Assembly: GCA_031367385.1 (NCBI GenBank)
Contig: JANLPS010000089.1
Coordinates: 1 to 37,244, forward strand
Reading direction: 5' to 3'
DNA length: 37,244 bases
Source: Archangium sp.
GTDB taxonomy: Bacteria > Myxococcota > Myxococcia > Myxococcales > Myxococcaceae
Shown here: in pieces, positions 9,885 through 18,359 of the stretch
Position numbering within the stretch: the first letter of the stretch is position 1
Layout of the letters: each line of letters starts with the position of its first letter
Made by a program: the position numbers and the translations under genes
The notes under the pieces: generated by a model
Database searches by the model: none
Seen by the model: the letters and a program-made list of their open reading frames with translations, nothing else
Told to the model about the DNA's origin: nothing

Positions 9885-10853
9885 ATGGCGACTCCGGTAA
9901 CGCACGCGCTCGAATTCGAACGGCCATTGATCGAGCTCGAGAAGAAGATTGACGAGCTGAAGACGCTCTCTCGCTCTGGCTCGCTCGACATGACCAGCGA
10001 GATTGGCCGGCTCGAGAAGAAGGCCAAGAAGCTGCAAGAAGAGATCTTCAGCGAGCTGACCCGGTGGCAGATCGTTCAGCTCTCGCGGCACAATTCACGG
10101 CCCTACTTTCTCGACTACGTCGCGGCGCTGTTCACTGATTTTTGCGAGCTCGCGGGCGATCGGTTGTTCGGAGAAGACCCGTCGATCGTCGGTGGCTTCG
10201 CGCGCTTCGGCGGCGAGCCGGTGTTGGTGATGGGGCACCAGAAGGGCCGCAGCACCAAAGAGAACATGCTGCGCAACTTCGGCATGCCGCGCCCCGAGGG
10301 GTACCGCAAGTCGCGCCGCCTGATGGAGCTCGCCGCGCGGTTCAACCGGCCGATCTTCACCTTCGTCGACACGCCGGGGGCCTACCCAGGCATCGGCGCC
10401 GAAGAGCGTGGCCAGGCCGAGGCGATCGCGGTGAACCTCGAGGTGATGGCCGGGTTGCCGGTGCCGGTGATCAGCACGGTGATCGGCGAAGGCGGTTCGG
10501 GCGGGGCGTTGGCGATCGGCGTGGGCAACCGGGTGTTGATGCTCGAGCACTCGATTTACTCGGTGATCAGCCCCGAGGGCTGCGCGTCGATTCTGTTTCG
10601 AGACGCGAGCAGGGCCGACAAGGCCGCTGAGGCTTTGAAGGTGACCGCGCCAGATCTGTTGGCGTTGAAGGTGATCGACGAAGTGGTGCCCGAGCCCGAG
10701 GGCGGAGCGCATCGAGACCACGCGAAGATGGCCCAGACGCTGGGCGGCGTGCTGCGAAAGCACTTCGATTCGCTCAAGAAATTGAGCCCTGATCAGCTGG
10801 TTTCAGACCGGTACGCGAAGTTTCGCGCGCTTGGCGTGTTCACGGGCCGATGA
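9885..10853 (+). CDS. accA: Acetyl-CoA carboxylase carboxyltransferase alpha subunit
   Basis: [44 protein letters not shown] and [13 protein letters not shown] motifs. Confidence 0.97.
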   Translation: MATPVTHALEFERPLIELEKKIDELKTLSRSGSLDMTSEIGRLEKKAKKLQEEIFSELTRWQIVQLSRHNSRPYFLDYVAALFTDFCELAGDRLFGEDPSIVGGFARFGGEPVLVMGHQKGRSTKENMLRNFGMPRPEGYRKSRRLMELAARFNRPIFTFVDTPGAYPGIGAEERGQAEAIAVNLEVMAGLPVPVISTVIGEGGSGGALAIGVGNRVLMLEHSIYSVISPEGCASILFRDASRADKAAEALKVTAPDLLALKVIDEVVPEPEGGAHRDHAKMAQTLGGVLRKHFDSLKKLSPDQLVSDRYAKFRALGVFTGR

Positions 10854-11548
10854 CCATGCGGCCGTTGATCGTCGCCATTGATGGCCCCGCAGGGGCGGGC
10901 AAGTCGACGGTCTCGAAGATTCTCGCCAGGCGATTGCACTTCGTGTTGGTCGATACCGGCGCGATTTACCGCTGCGTGGCGCTCAAGGCACGGCGCCTTG
11001 GCATCGCGTTCGACGACGACGAGAGGCTGGGCGTGCTGCTGCAGAGCATGAACATCGACTTTCGCCTCGAAGACGAGGGCGAGATCAACCACGTGCTGCT
11101 CGACGGAGAAGACGTCTCTGATGCGATTCGCACGCCAGAGAACTCGATGGCCGCGAGCCAGGTGTCGGGCCGGGCGGTGGTGCGCGACGGGTTGCTCGAG
11201 CTGCAGCGGCGGCTGGCGCTGAACACCAAAACCGGAGCGATTCTCGAGGGCCGCGATATCGGCACCGTGGTGTTCCCCGATGCTGACGTGAAGGTGTTTC
11301 TGCACGCTGACCCCACGATTCGGGCCAGGCGGCGGTACGAAGAGCTGTTTCAGAAGGGCAGCGAGAAGCCGATCGTCGAGGTCTTGAGCGAGCAGAACAA
11401 GCGCGACGCAGAAGACTCGAATCGCGAGGTGGCTCCGTTGAAGGCGGCGGGTGATGCCGTGAGCATCGACTCGACCGAGCTGCCCCTCTCAGATGTGGTG
11501 CAGCAGATTGAGCTGCTGGTCAGCCGGCGCCAGGCCGTTCGCGGCTGA
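10850..11548 (+). CDS. cmk: Cytidylate kinase
   Basis: [36 protein letters not shown] overlap with the accA stop. Confidence 0.97.
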   Translation: MTMRPLIVAIDGPAGAGKSTVSKILARRLHFVLVDTGAIYRCVALKARRLGIAFDDDERLGVLLQSMNIDFRLEDEGEINHVLLDGEDVSDAIRTPENSMAASQVSGRAVVRDGLLELQRRLALNTKTGAILEGRDIGTVVFPDADVKVFLHADPTIRARRRYEELFQKGSEKPIVEVLSEQNKRDAEDSNREVAPLKAAGDAVSIDSTELPLSDVVQQIELLVSRRQAVRG

Positions 11549-11617
11549 GGTGCGGTGCAGGGCTTTCTGGCTTCAACCCCCCGAAACTTGGGCTGAAAGA
11601 CCACGGGCGCGGGGGGC

Positions 11618-11850
11618 TCACCGCGGTTGACGGCTCTCGGAACAGGTGGTTTTGGGCATCAACCGCGGTTGAAGGGTCTCGGCAGAGGTGGTTTTCGGGT
11701 TTCGCTGCCGGAGAACGCCCTCGGCACAGGTGGTTTTCGGCATCAACCGCGGTTGAAGGGTCTCGGCACGGGTGGTTTTCGGGTTTCGCGGCCGGCGAAT
11801 GCCCCCCGGCACAGGCGGTTTCGGCATCAACTGCGGTTGAAGGCTCGCGG
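11618..11850. repeat. Intergenic tandem array, 42-bp period with 84-bp higher-order unit and embedded palindromes
   Basis: Core TCGGCACAGGTGGTTTTCGG-like motif at 11637, 11679, 11721, 11763 and ~11806. Palindrome TCAACCGCGGTTGA at 11659, 11743, 11827 (one mismatch) and 11618 (one base missing). TTCGC..CCGG.GAA variant in the alternate slots. Confidence 0.92.
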
Positions 11851-11969
11851 CCCACGCAGGTTCACCGGCTCGATGCGCTCGGGCTCTTTGCTGGCAGTGC
11901 AGCGGGTTCACCATGAACCTCGGGTCTTTCGCGTCCCCCCAACACGAACGGGGGTAGGGTTGGCGGGCA

Positions 11970-13211
11970 ATGCTGGCCCTCTTCGCCGCGGTGGTTCTCG
12001 CTCACGGCGCGCCGCCGCAGACCCTGCAGATCATCGAGACCCCTGGCAGCGGCGCCACCAAGCTCGTTGGAGCCACCTTCGGAGCGCTCCTCTCGACCGA
12101 CGACGCGTGCAGCTGGCGCTGGGTCTGCGACGCCTCGGTCGGCTACGGCAAGGATGAGCGCCCCGTCTGGTACCTCAGCTCGAGCGGCACCCTCTTCGCG
12201 GCGACGTACTCCGGCCTCTTCCGCTCCACCGACCAAGGTTGCTCGTGGTCGAAGACCGAGGCCACCGCCACTACCGGCGCGTCAGACATCACCGGTGATG
12301 GCCCGACCCTCTTCGCCGTCAGCGGCAAGTTTGGCGAGCTCAACGGCGCCTTTCGCTCCACCGACGACGGCGCCACGTTCACCAGGCTCTCACTCGCGAG
12401 CGCAACCGAGTACTTCAGCGCCGTTCGCCTCTGGGGTCACCGCGTCTAGGTCAGCAGCTGGGACTTCGATCCGCGCGCCATGGCGCTCTCGGTCAGCGAC
12501 GACAGCGGTGACTCCTTCGCCCGCATCGAGCTCACCAGCTCGCTGCCAGGCACGGTGCAAGGCCCGTTCACCGTACACGCCATCGACCCTGCCTCGAGCG
12601 ACACCCTCTACGCCTCGGTCTTCGACGACGTCGCGACTCCGCAGACCAGCCACGTGCTCAGGAGCACCAACGCGGGCCAGGCCTGGGTCGAGCTGTTCGC
12701 AGCGCCAGGCCGCGTCGCCCAGGTTACGCTGTCTGACGACACGGTCTGGGTCGCCGTCGGTCACTCGGTCTTTCGCGCCACAGGCTCGGGGCCCTTCAGC
12801 GCGCTCGCACGGCCCATGTTCAATGCCTGTGTGGCCCGGGTCGCGGGTCGAACACTCGCCTGCGGCTCAGTGCCCTTCGACGGCTTCGCGATCACCGACC
12901 TCACCGACGGCGGCACCTGGCTCGACTGGTCGCACCTCGTCGGCCCCCAACGCTGCGCGGCCGGCACCGCGGGCGCTCTGAAGTGTGTCAGCGCATGGCC
13001 GGTCGAAGCCAACGAGCTGGGCATCGACGACGCCGGAGTGCCCGCCTGCGTTGCCGGCCCCCCAGCCAAGCCCCCGGCCTGTGGCTGCGACGGCACCGGT
13101 GGCGCGCTGGGTCTGGTGGGGCTCTTCAGCGTGCTTTTTCGCCGCCGGGCCCCGGTTGCTCTAGAGTCTGACGACTCGCATGAAGTGGGCCAAAGACGAG
13201 TTCACCGGTAA
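11970..13211 (+). pseudogene. BNR/Asp-box beta-propeller surface protein with MYXO-CTERM, interrupted by an in-frame TAG at 12447-12449
   Basis: ORFs 11970..12449 and 12480..13211 share one frame. Asp-boxes occur on both sides of the stop (STDDACSW, STDQGCSW, STDDGATF / SDDSGDSF, STNAGQAW). N-terminal signal peptide; C-terminal PACGC + TM + RRR. Confidence 0.8.
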
Positions 13212-14892
13212 GCGTTTCGGCAAGTACGAAGTGCTTTGCCGCCTCGCGGTCGGGGGCATGGCCGAGATCTTTCTCGCTTTTCCCCGCGCGGGTGACCTCA
13301 TCGGGCAGCCGGTCGTGCTCAAGCGCATTCTGGCCGAGCAGCGCGAAGACGAGCACGCGTTGCAGATGCTGCTCGACGAAGCGAAGCTGACCGCCACCCT
13401 GAACCACCTCAACGTGGCCCGGGTCATCGACCTCGAGGTCGACGGCGAAGAGGTGCTGCTGGTGATCGAGTTCATCAGCGGAGCCAACATGGAAGAGCTC
13501 GTCGCCGCCTTCACCGAGAAAGACGAGATCGTGCCGCTCGGCCTGGCGCTCTCGGTCATTCGCGAGGCGGCGCAAGGCCTGGCCCACGCCCACGGCCATG
13601 TCGACGCGAAGGGCCGCCCGACGCCGATCGTTCATCGAGACGTGACGCCGCGAAACATCATGGTGACCTTCGACGGCGTCACCAAGATGCTCGACTTCGG
13701 CATCGCCCGTGCGATGGGCACCCAGCGGCGCACCGTCGCCGGCATGGTGCGTGGCACCACCGCGTACATGTCGCCCGAGCAGGCCATCGGCAAAGACGTG
13801 AACCCCCAGTCAGACATCTTCTCGCTCGGGGTCATCTTTCACGAGCTGCTGACCGGGCAGCGCCTGTTCATGCGCCCGAACCCGGGTGAAGAAATGGCCG
13901 CGGTCTACGAGGGCGAGATTCCCCTGCCGTCGAAGGTGAACCGCCGGGTGCCCAAGCCGCTCGACGCAGTGGTGATGCGGGCGCTCGAGCGGCCGCGCGA
14001 AAAGCGCTACCAGAGTGGGCTCGAGCTGATTCGAGACATCTCGCTGACCGCCGGGTCGACCGCCTGGGCCTCAGATCGCAGTGGAGAAGCCGTGCGCGAG
14101 AAGTTCGCCAGCCGCGAGCGCGACATCGAGCGGTTGATCTTGGCGATACCGACCCGTGAGCTGGGCATCGTGCCGCGCCCCTCGATACCCGAAGCGCGCA
14201 CCCTGATCGCCCAGCTGTCGTCGAAGACCGGGTTGCCGTTGGCGCCGGGCATGACCGACGAGCGCCAGAGCTTCAAGACCCAGCAGCAGGCCGGGCCGGT
14301 GGAGCGCGCGCCAGTGTCGATGCGGTCGACCGACCCCAATCAGCGGGTGCCGGTCGGCGACGAGGAGAGCAGACCGCACCGGCGCATCTCTCAAATACCG
14401 ATGGCGCTGGGCGAGGCCGAGGCGTCGGTTGAAGAGACCCGAATCGTGCCGGTCTCTTCGCCGCCCCAGTCGACCACCGGGCCGGCCCTCGACCCAGAGC
14501 TGCTGACCGAAGATGCCCCGATTCGGGGGGCGCGAAAGAAGACGCGCGTGGCCGAGGCGGCACCCAGCTCGACCGGCGCCTTCATCGCCGTGGGAGTCAT
14601 CGCCATCGCGCTCGGCGTGGTGGGCGGCGTGGTGATCTCCAAGCAGGTGAGCACCGGCGACACCACCACCTTTGGGCGCCTCTCGATTCGCGCCGATCGC
14701 CAGGCCGAGGTGCGGTTGGGCACGCAGAGCCTGGGCGAGACTCCGGTGAGCGAGTTGCTGTTGCCAGTCGGCAAGCACCACCTGGTGCTCAAAGAGGCCG
14801 ATGGCAAGACGCGGTCGGTCGACGTGGTGGTCAACGCCGAAAAAGAGACCAGGCTCGAGCTTCGTCTCGATGCGTTGCCCGCCCAACCCTAG
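13180..14892 (+). CDS. Hanks-type Ser/Thr protein kinase with TM helix and C-terminal PEGA-like domain
   Basis: LAVGGMAEIF, VVLKRI, HRDVTPRN, DFG, YMSPEQ; TM AFIAVGVIAIALGVVGGVVI; LGETPV...LPVGKHHLVL. Confidence 0.95.
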   Translation: MKWAKDEFTGKRFGKYEVLCRLAVGGMAEIFLAFPRAGDLIGQPVVLKRILAEQREDEHALQMLLDEAKLTATLNHLNVARVIDLEVDGEEVLLVIEFISGANMEELVAAFTEKDEIVPLGLALSVIREAAQGLAHAHGHVDAKGRPTPIVHRDVTPRNIMVTFDGVTKMLDFGIARAMGTQRRTVAGMVRGTTAYMSPEQAIGKDVNPQSDIFSLGVIFHELLTGQRLFMRPNPGEEMAAVYEGEIPLPSKVNRRVPKPLDAVVMRALERPREKRYQSGLELIRDISLTAGSTAWASDRSGEAVREKFASRERDIERLILAIPTRELGIVPRPSIPEARTLIAQLSSKTGLPLAPGMTDERQSFKTQQQAGPVERAPVSMRSTDPNQRVPVGDEESRPHRRISQIPMALGEAEASVEETRIVPVSSPPQSTTGPALDPELLTEDAPIRGARKKTRVAEAAPSSTGAFIAVGVIAIALGVVGGVVISKQVSTGDTTTFGRLSIRADRQAEVRLGTQSLGETPVSELLLPVGKHHLVLKEADGKTRSVDVVVNAEKETRLELRLDALPAQP

Positions 14893-15533
14893 CGCCCGCG
14901 CTGCGGCGCACAGACGATCCACCCTTCGAGGGGGTCAACGTTGGGTGGCATGCCCCAATCAGCGCGCTCGCTCGCCCAGCCGGCCTGGAGCAGGCAGAGC
15001 GTCGCATCGAGCAGGTCTCCGGTGGCATCGTTGATCAGCGCAGCCCGGTGCTCGGGGCTCAGCTCGAGGCCGCGAAGGCCGTCGACCAGCGCGGTGCGTG
15101 CCTCGTGTCTCTGGGTGGTCTGCTTGGCCGCAGTGTCGCTCTTGTACGAGCGCGCCCCAATCACCGCACGCGCCGCCAATGCCGGGTATCCCTCCAAGGC
15201 GATGCGGGTCGGGTCTCCGTGGCACAAGCCAGGCAGGTGGAGCCCCGCGTCGAGCAGATACGGCATGCCGGCATGGAGCATCAACGCCACCGGTGGGTTG
15301 ACCCACTGCATCGACGACGAGGCCTTGGCCTGGCGGTCGGTCGCTCGGTGCGCCAGCTTGGCGCCGGCGGGGCGCGCGGCACAGAACGCGGCGAGGCGCT
15401 GACGAACCTCTTCGCGTGAGAGCGAGGTGAAATGGCGCATCAGGGGCAGCCACTGCGCCGGCCACCCAAGCTCGAGCACCAGCGCTCGAGGCAGCCCGAA
15501 GGGCAGATCAAAGACGCCGAGCCAGGGGCCTTG
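14889..15533 (-). pseudogene. DUF429-like (RNase H-fold predicted nuclease) protein, 5'-truncated
   Basis: GPWLGVFDLPFGLP, HRATD, WVNPPVA, ALEGYP, GDLLDA and DPLEGWI resemble DUF429 proteins as I recall them. The expected N-terminal GxDF segment and a credible start are absent; upstream sequence is the antisense of an SDR fragment. Confidence 0.7.
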
Positions 15534-15780
15534 GGAGGTCGACGAGCTGTGTCTGTGGGTCTCGAAAGAAGTGGGCCAGGTTGACCTGCTGGTGGCGGCC
15601 CTCGGCCGAATGAATGCCCGTCGCCTCGAGGCCCTCTCGTCAGGCGACGTGATGCGCGTGATGCTCGACAACTTCGTGGCCACGCACGCAGCCGTGACCC
15701 GCGCCACGCCCCTGCTCTCGCCCCATGCCCATCGGTTTTTGTGCGGCGCCTTCATCGAACGCCTCGCGCTGCCAGGCCTG
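15529..15780 (+). pseudogene. Internal fragment of an SDR oxidoreductase, inverted relative to its N-terminus
   Basis: PWEVDELCLWVSKEVGQVDLLVAALG...VMLDNFVA...ATPLL...HRFLCGAFIERLALPGL matches the SDR alphaD-betaE region; it stops just before the expected YxxxK. Confidence 0.7.
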
Positions 15781-15939
15781 CGCCTCAACCGAGAGGTCAG
15801 CGGTGTGCCCCTCGACCCCGAGCCTTCGAGCGAGGCCCTCGTCGCGGCTGACCAGCACGACCCGCGCGCCTGTCTTGACCAGGGCCGACGCCACCGCTTG
15901 GCCGATGCCTCCGCCTCCGAAAATCAGTGCATTCGTCAT
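15781..15939 (-). pseudogene. N-terminal Rossmann fragment of the same SDR
   Basis: MTNALIFGGGGIGQAVASALVKTGARVVLVSRD...HTADLS; SDR similarity ends near 15790. Confidence 0.75.
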
Positions 15940-16106
15940 GAGCGGCGGGAGATAGCGGGGAGGGCTGCCGGGCGCTTGCGGCACCACTGTCAGGCTGAAC
16001 ATCGTACCGAATTGGCGCCATCAGCTGGCCGCGGTCTTCGACTCGAAACAGACCCCGACGTCGCCCTTCGGTCGCGCCCTGGCATGCGTTCGGGTATAGG
16101 CCGCCG

Positions 16107-17951
16107 ATGCTCTTTCTTTCATTCTCGATGACCGCCGCGCTGGTGTGCGCGAATCTGCCGCCGCCGCAAAATGATGCCAAGGCCCAAGAAGCCAAGGCCT
16201 TCGTCAAGAAGGTCGAAACCGACCTGATGCGCCTGGGCGTGCGAGCTTCGACCGCCGCGTGGATAGCGAATACCAACATCACCGACGACACCGAGCGCAA
16301 CTCGGCCTCGATGGCCGAAGATCTCAGCTCGTACGTCGCCAAGGCGATCAAAGAGTCGCAGCAATTTCGCGGCGTGAAGCTCGACCCCGACACCGCGCGC
16401 CAGCTGATGCTGTTGCGGTATGCGTCGTCGTTGCCCGCTCCGGCCGACCCGGCGAAGGCGGGCGAGCTCGCTGGCATCGCGGCCAAGCTCGAGGGCCTGT
16501 ACGGCAAGGGCAAGTGGTGTGGCGAGGGCTACAAGGAGGGCGTCAACCCTTCCGAAGACAAGAAAAACTGCCGAGATCTCGGCCAGTTGTCGGCGGTGCT
16601 CGAAGCCGCTGGCCAACCCAAGGGCCCGACGGCCGCCGCGCAGCTCGAGGCCTGGGCCGCCTGGCACAAGACCACCGTCGAGATGCGGCCGCTGTACGAG
16701 CGGCTGATCACCCTCGCCAATGAGGGCTCGAAAGAAATCGGCGCCGACGACATGGGCCAGCTGTGGCGCTCGCAATACGAGATGCCTCCGGTGGCCTTCG
16801 AGCAAGAGGTCGACCGCCTGTGGGGGCAGGTCAAGCCGCTCTACAACGACCTGCATTGCTACGTGCGCCGCCGCCTGTTCGAGAAGTACGGCAAAGCGGT
16901 CGTCGACCCGGCCGGCCCGATACCCGCGCACCTGCTCGGCAACATGTGGGCGCAAGATTGGGGAAAGATCTACCCCCTCGTCGAGCCCTACGCCGGTCAG
17001 CCCAGCCTCGATGTCACCAAGAAGCTGCAGAGCAAAAAGCTCGACGGCAAGTCACTGGTTCGCGTCGGCGAAGACTTCTTCGTTTCAATGGGCTTCGAGC
17101 CGCTGCCCGCGACCTTCTGGCAGCGCAGCCTCTTCGCCAAGCCTGCTGACCGCGAGGTGGTCTGCCACGCCAGCGCGTGGGACGTGACCTTCTCGAACGA
17201 CCTGCGAATCAAGATGTGCGTCAAGCAAGACGAAGAAGACTTTCACACCGTGCACCACGAGCTGGGTCACGATTTCTATTTTCAGCAGTACTTCAAGCTG
17301 CCCTACCTGTATCAACAGGGCGCCAACGACGGCTTTCACGAGGCGATTGGCGATGCGATCACGCTCTCGATTACGCCCGAGTACCTCAAGCAGAAAGGCC
17401 TGCTCGACGTGCTGCCCAAAGACGACAAGGGGCTCATCAACGTGCAGATGAAGGTCGCGCTCGACAAGGTCGCGTTCTTGCCGTTCGGCCTGCTGACCGA
17501 CAAGTGGAGATGGGACGTGGCGTCGGGCAAGACCAAGCCAGCCGACTACAACAAGCGCTGGTGGGAGCTGCGACGTCAGCTGCAGGGCGTCGCTCCGGTC
17601 GGCGAACGGTCAGAGACCACCTTCGACCCGGGTGCGAAGTACCACATCGCCGCCAACGTCTCGTACATCCGCTACTTCTTGGCGCGGGTGCTCCAGTACC
17701 AATTCTTTCGGGCGATGTGCCAGATCTCGGGGCACACCGGGCCGCTGGCCTCGTGCAACCTCTACGGCAGCGAAAAAGCGGGGGCCAAGTTGAAGGCGAT
17801 GCTCGCGTTGGGGGCCTCGAAGCCGTGGCCCGAGGCGCTCGAGACGTTGACCGGTCAGCGCGAGCTCGATGCCTCGGCGCTGATCGACTACTTCCAACCC
17901 CTCCAAACCTGGCTCAAAAAGCAGAATCAGGGCCAAACGTGCGGGTGGTGA
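16107..17951 (+). CDS. M2-family metallopeptidase (ACE-like peptidyl-dipeptidase)
   Basis: PAHLLGNMWAQ, VCHASAWD, HHELGH, GANDGFHEAIGD, FDPGAKYHI; signal peptide. Confidence 0.96.
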   Translation: MLFLSFSMTAALVCANLPPPQNDAKAQEAKAFVKKVETDLMRLGVRASTAAWIANTNITDDTERNSASMAEDLSSYVAKAIKESQQFRGVKLDPDTARQLMLLRYASSLPAPADPAKAGELAGIAAKLEGLYGKGKWCGEGYKEGVNPSEDKKNCRDLGQLSAVLEAAGQPKGPTAAAQLEAWAAWHKTTVEMRPLYERLITLANEGSKEIGADDMGQLWRSQYEMPPVAFEQEVDRLWGQVKPLYNDLHCYVRRRLFEKYGKAVVDPAGPIPAHLLGNMWAQDWGKIYPLVEPYAGQPSLDVTKKLQSKKLDGKSLVRVGEDFFVSMGFEPLPATFWQRSLFAKPADREVVCHASAWDVTFSNDLRIKMCVKQDEEDFHTVHHELGHDFYFQQYFKLPYLYQQGANDGFHEAIGDAITLSITPEYLKQKGLLDVLPKDDKGLINVQMKVALDKVAFLPFGLLTDKWRWDVASGKTKPADYNKRWWELRRQLQGVAPVGERSETTFDPGAKYHIAANVSYIRYFLARVLQYQFFRAMCQISGHTGPLASCNLYGSEKAGAKLKAMLALGASKPWPEALETLTGQRELDASALIDYFQPLQTWLKKQNQGQTCGW

Positions 17952-18071
17952 AAATGTCGTGCGGTGACTGAAAAGTGAACAGATGGGCTAGACACCCGAC
18001 AGTGGCCCACCCTAGGTTCCGCGCCCGTCCTCCTCGCTAGTGGGGGGGTTTGATGAAGGACAGGACGCAAC

Positions 18072-18278
18072 ATGGCTACCGGAACGGTGAAGTGGTTCAA
18101 CGACGCAAAGGGTTTTGGTTTCATTACGCAAGACGGTGGAGGGGAAGACGTTTTTTGCCACCACACCGCGATCAACATGGACGGCTTTCGCACCCTGCAA
18201 GAGGGGCAGAAGGTTGAGTTCGATGTGACCAAGGGCCCGAAGGGCCTTCAGGCACAGAACGTTCGCGCGGCCGCCTAA
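18072..18278 (+). CDS. csp: Cold-shock protein (CspA family)
   Basis: [18 protein letters not shown]...DVFCHH...GQKVEF...KGLQAQNV. Confidence 0.97.
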   Translation: MATGTVKWFNDAKGFGFITQDGGGEDVFCHHTAINMDGFRTLQEGQKVEFDVTKGPKGLQAQNVRAAA

Positions 18279-18302
18279 AAAGCGTTCGTTCGATCGTCAT
18301 GA

Positions 18303-18344
18303 AAGGCCCGGCCCGCAAAACGGCGCCGGGCCTTTTCTTTTTTT
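18303..18344 (+). terminator. Intrinsic terminator of the cold-shock gene
   Basis: Stem AAGGCCCGGC / GCCGGGCCTT followed by TTCTTTTTTT. Confidence 0.85.
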
Positions 18345-18359
18345 GCTAGGCCCCGGCCC

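Noticed and set aside
11618..11850. CRISPR array
   Set aside because: The intervening segments are only ~22 bp and recur (A,A,B,A,B,A) rather than being unique; the core repeats are degenerate; no cas genes or leader are present.
12447..12449. Genome-wide TAG recoding or pyrrolysine
   Set aside because: TAG ends several intact genes at their expected C-termini (14890-14892, 22303-22305, 24008-24010), and no pyl genes are in the window.
15521..15790. Programmed phase-variation invertible switch
   Set aside because: Only 4-5 bp of exact inverted homology, no recombinase nearby, and re-inversion yields neither a complete SDR nor an in-frame DUF429 fusion.
14889..16131. ORF-track calls 14889..15788(-), 15427..16131(+) and 15640..16002(-) as intact genes
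   Set aside because: Each is a chimera of a real gene fragment and antisense sequence across the rearrangement junctions.
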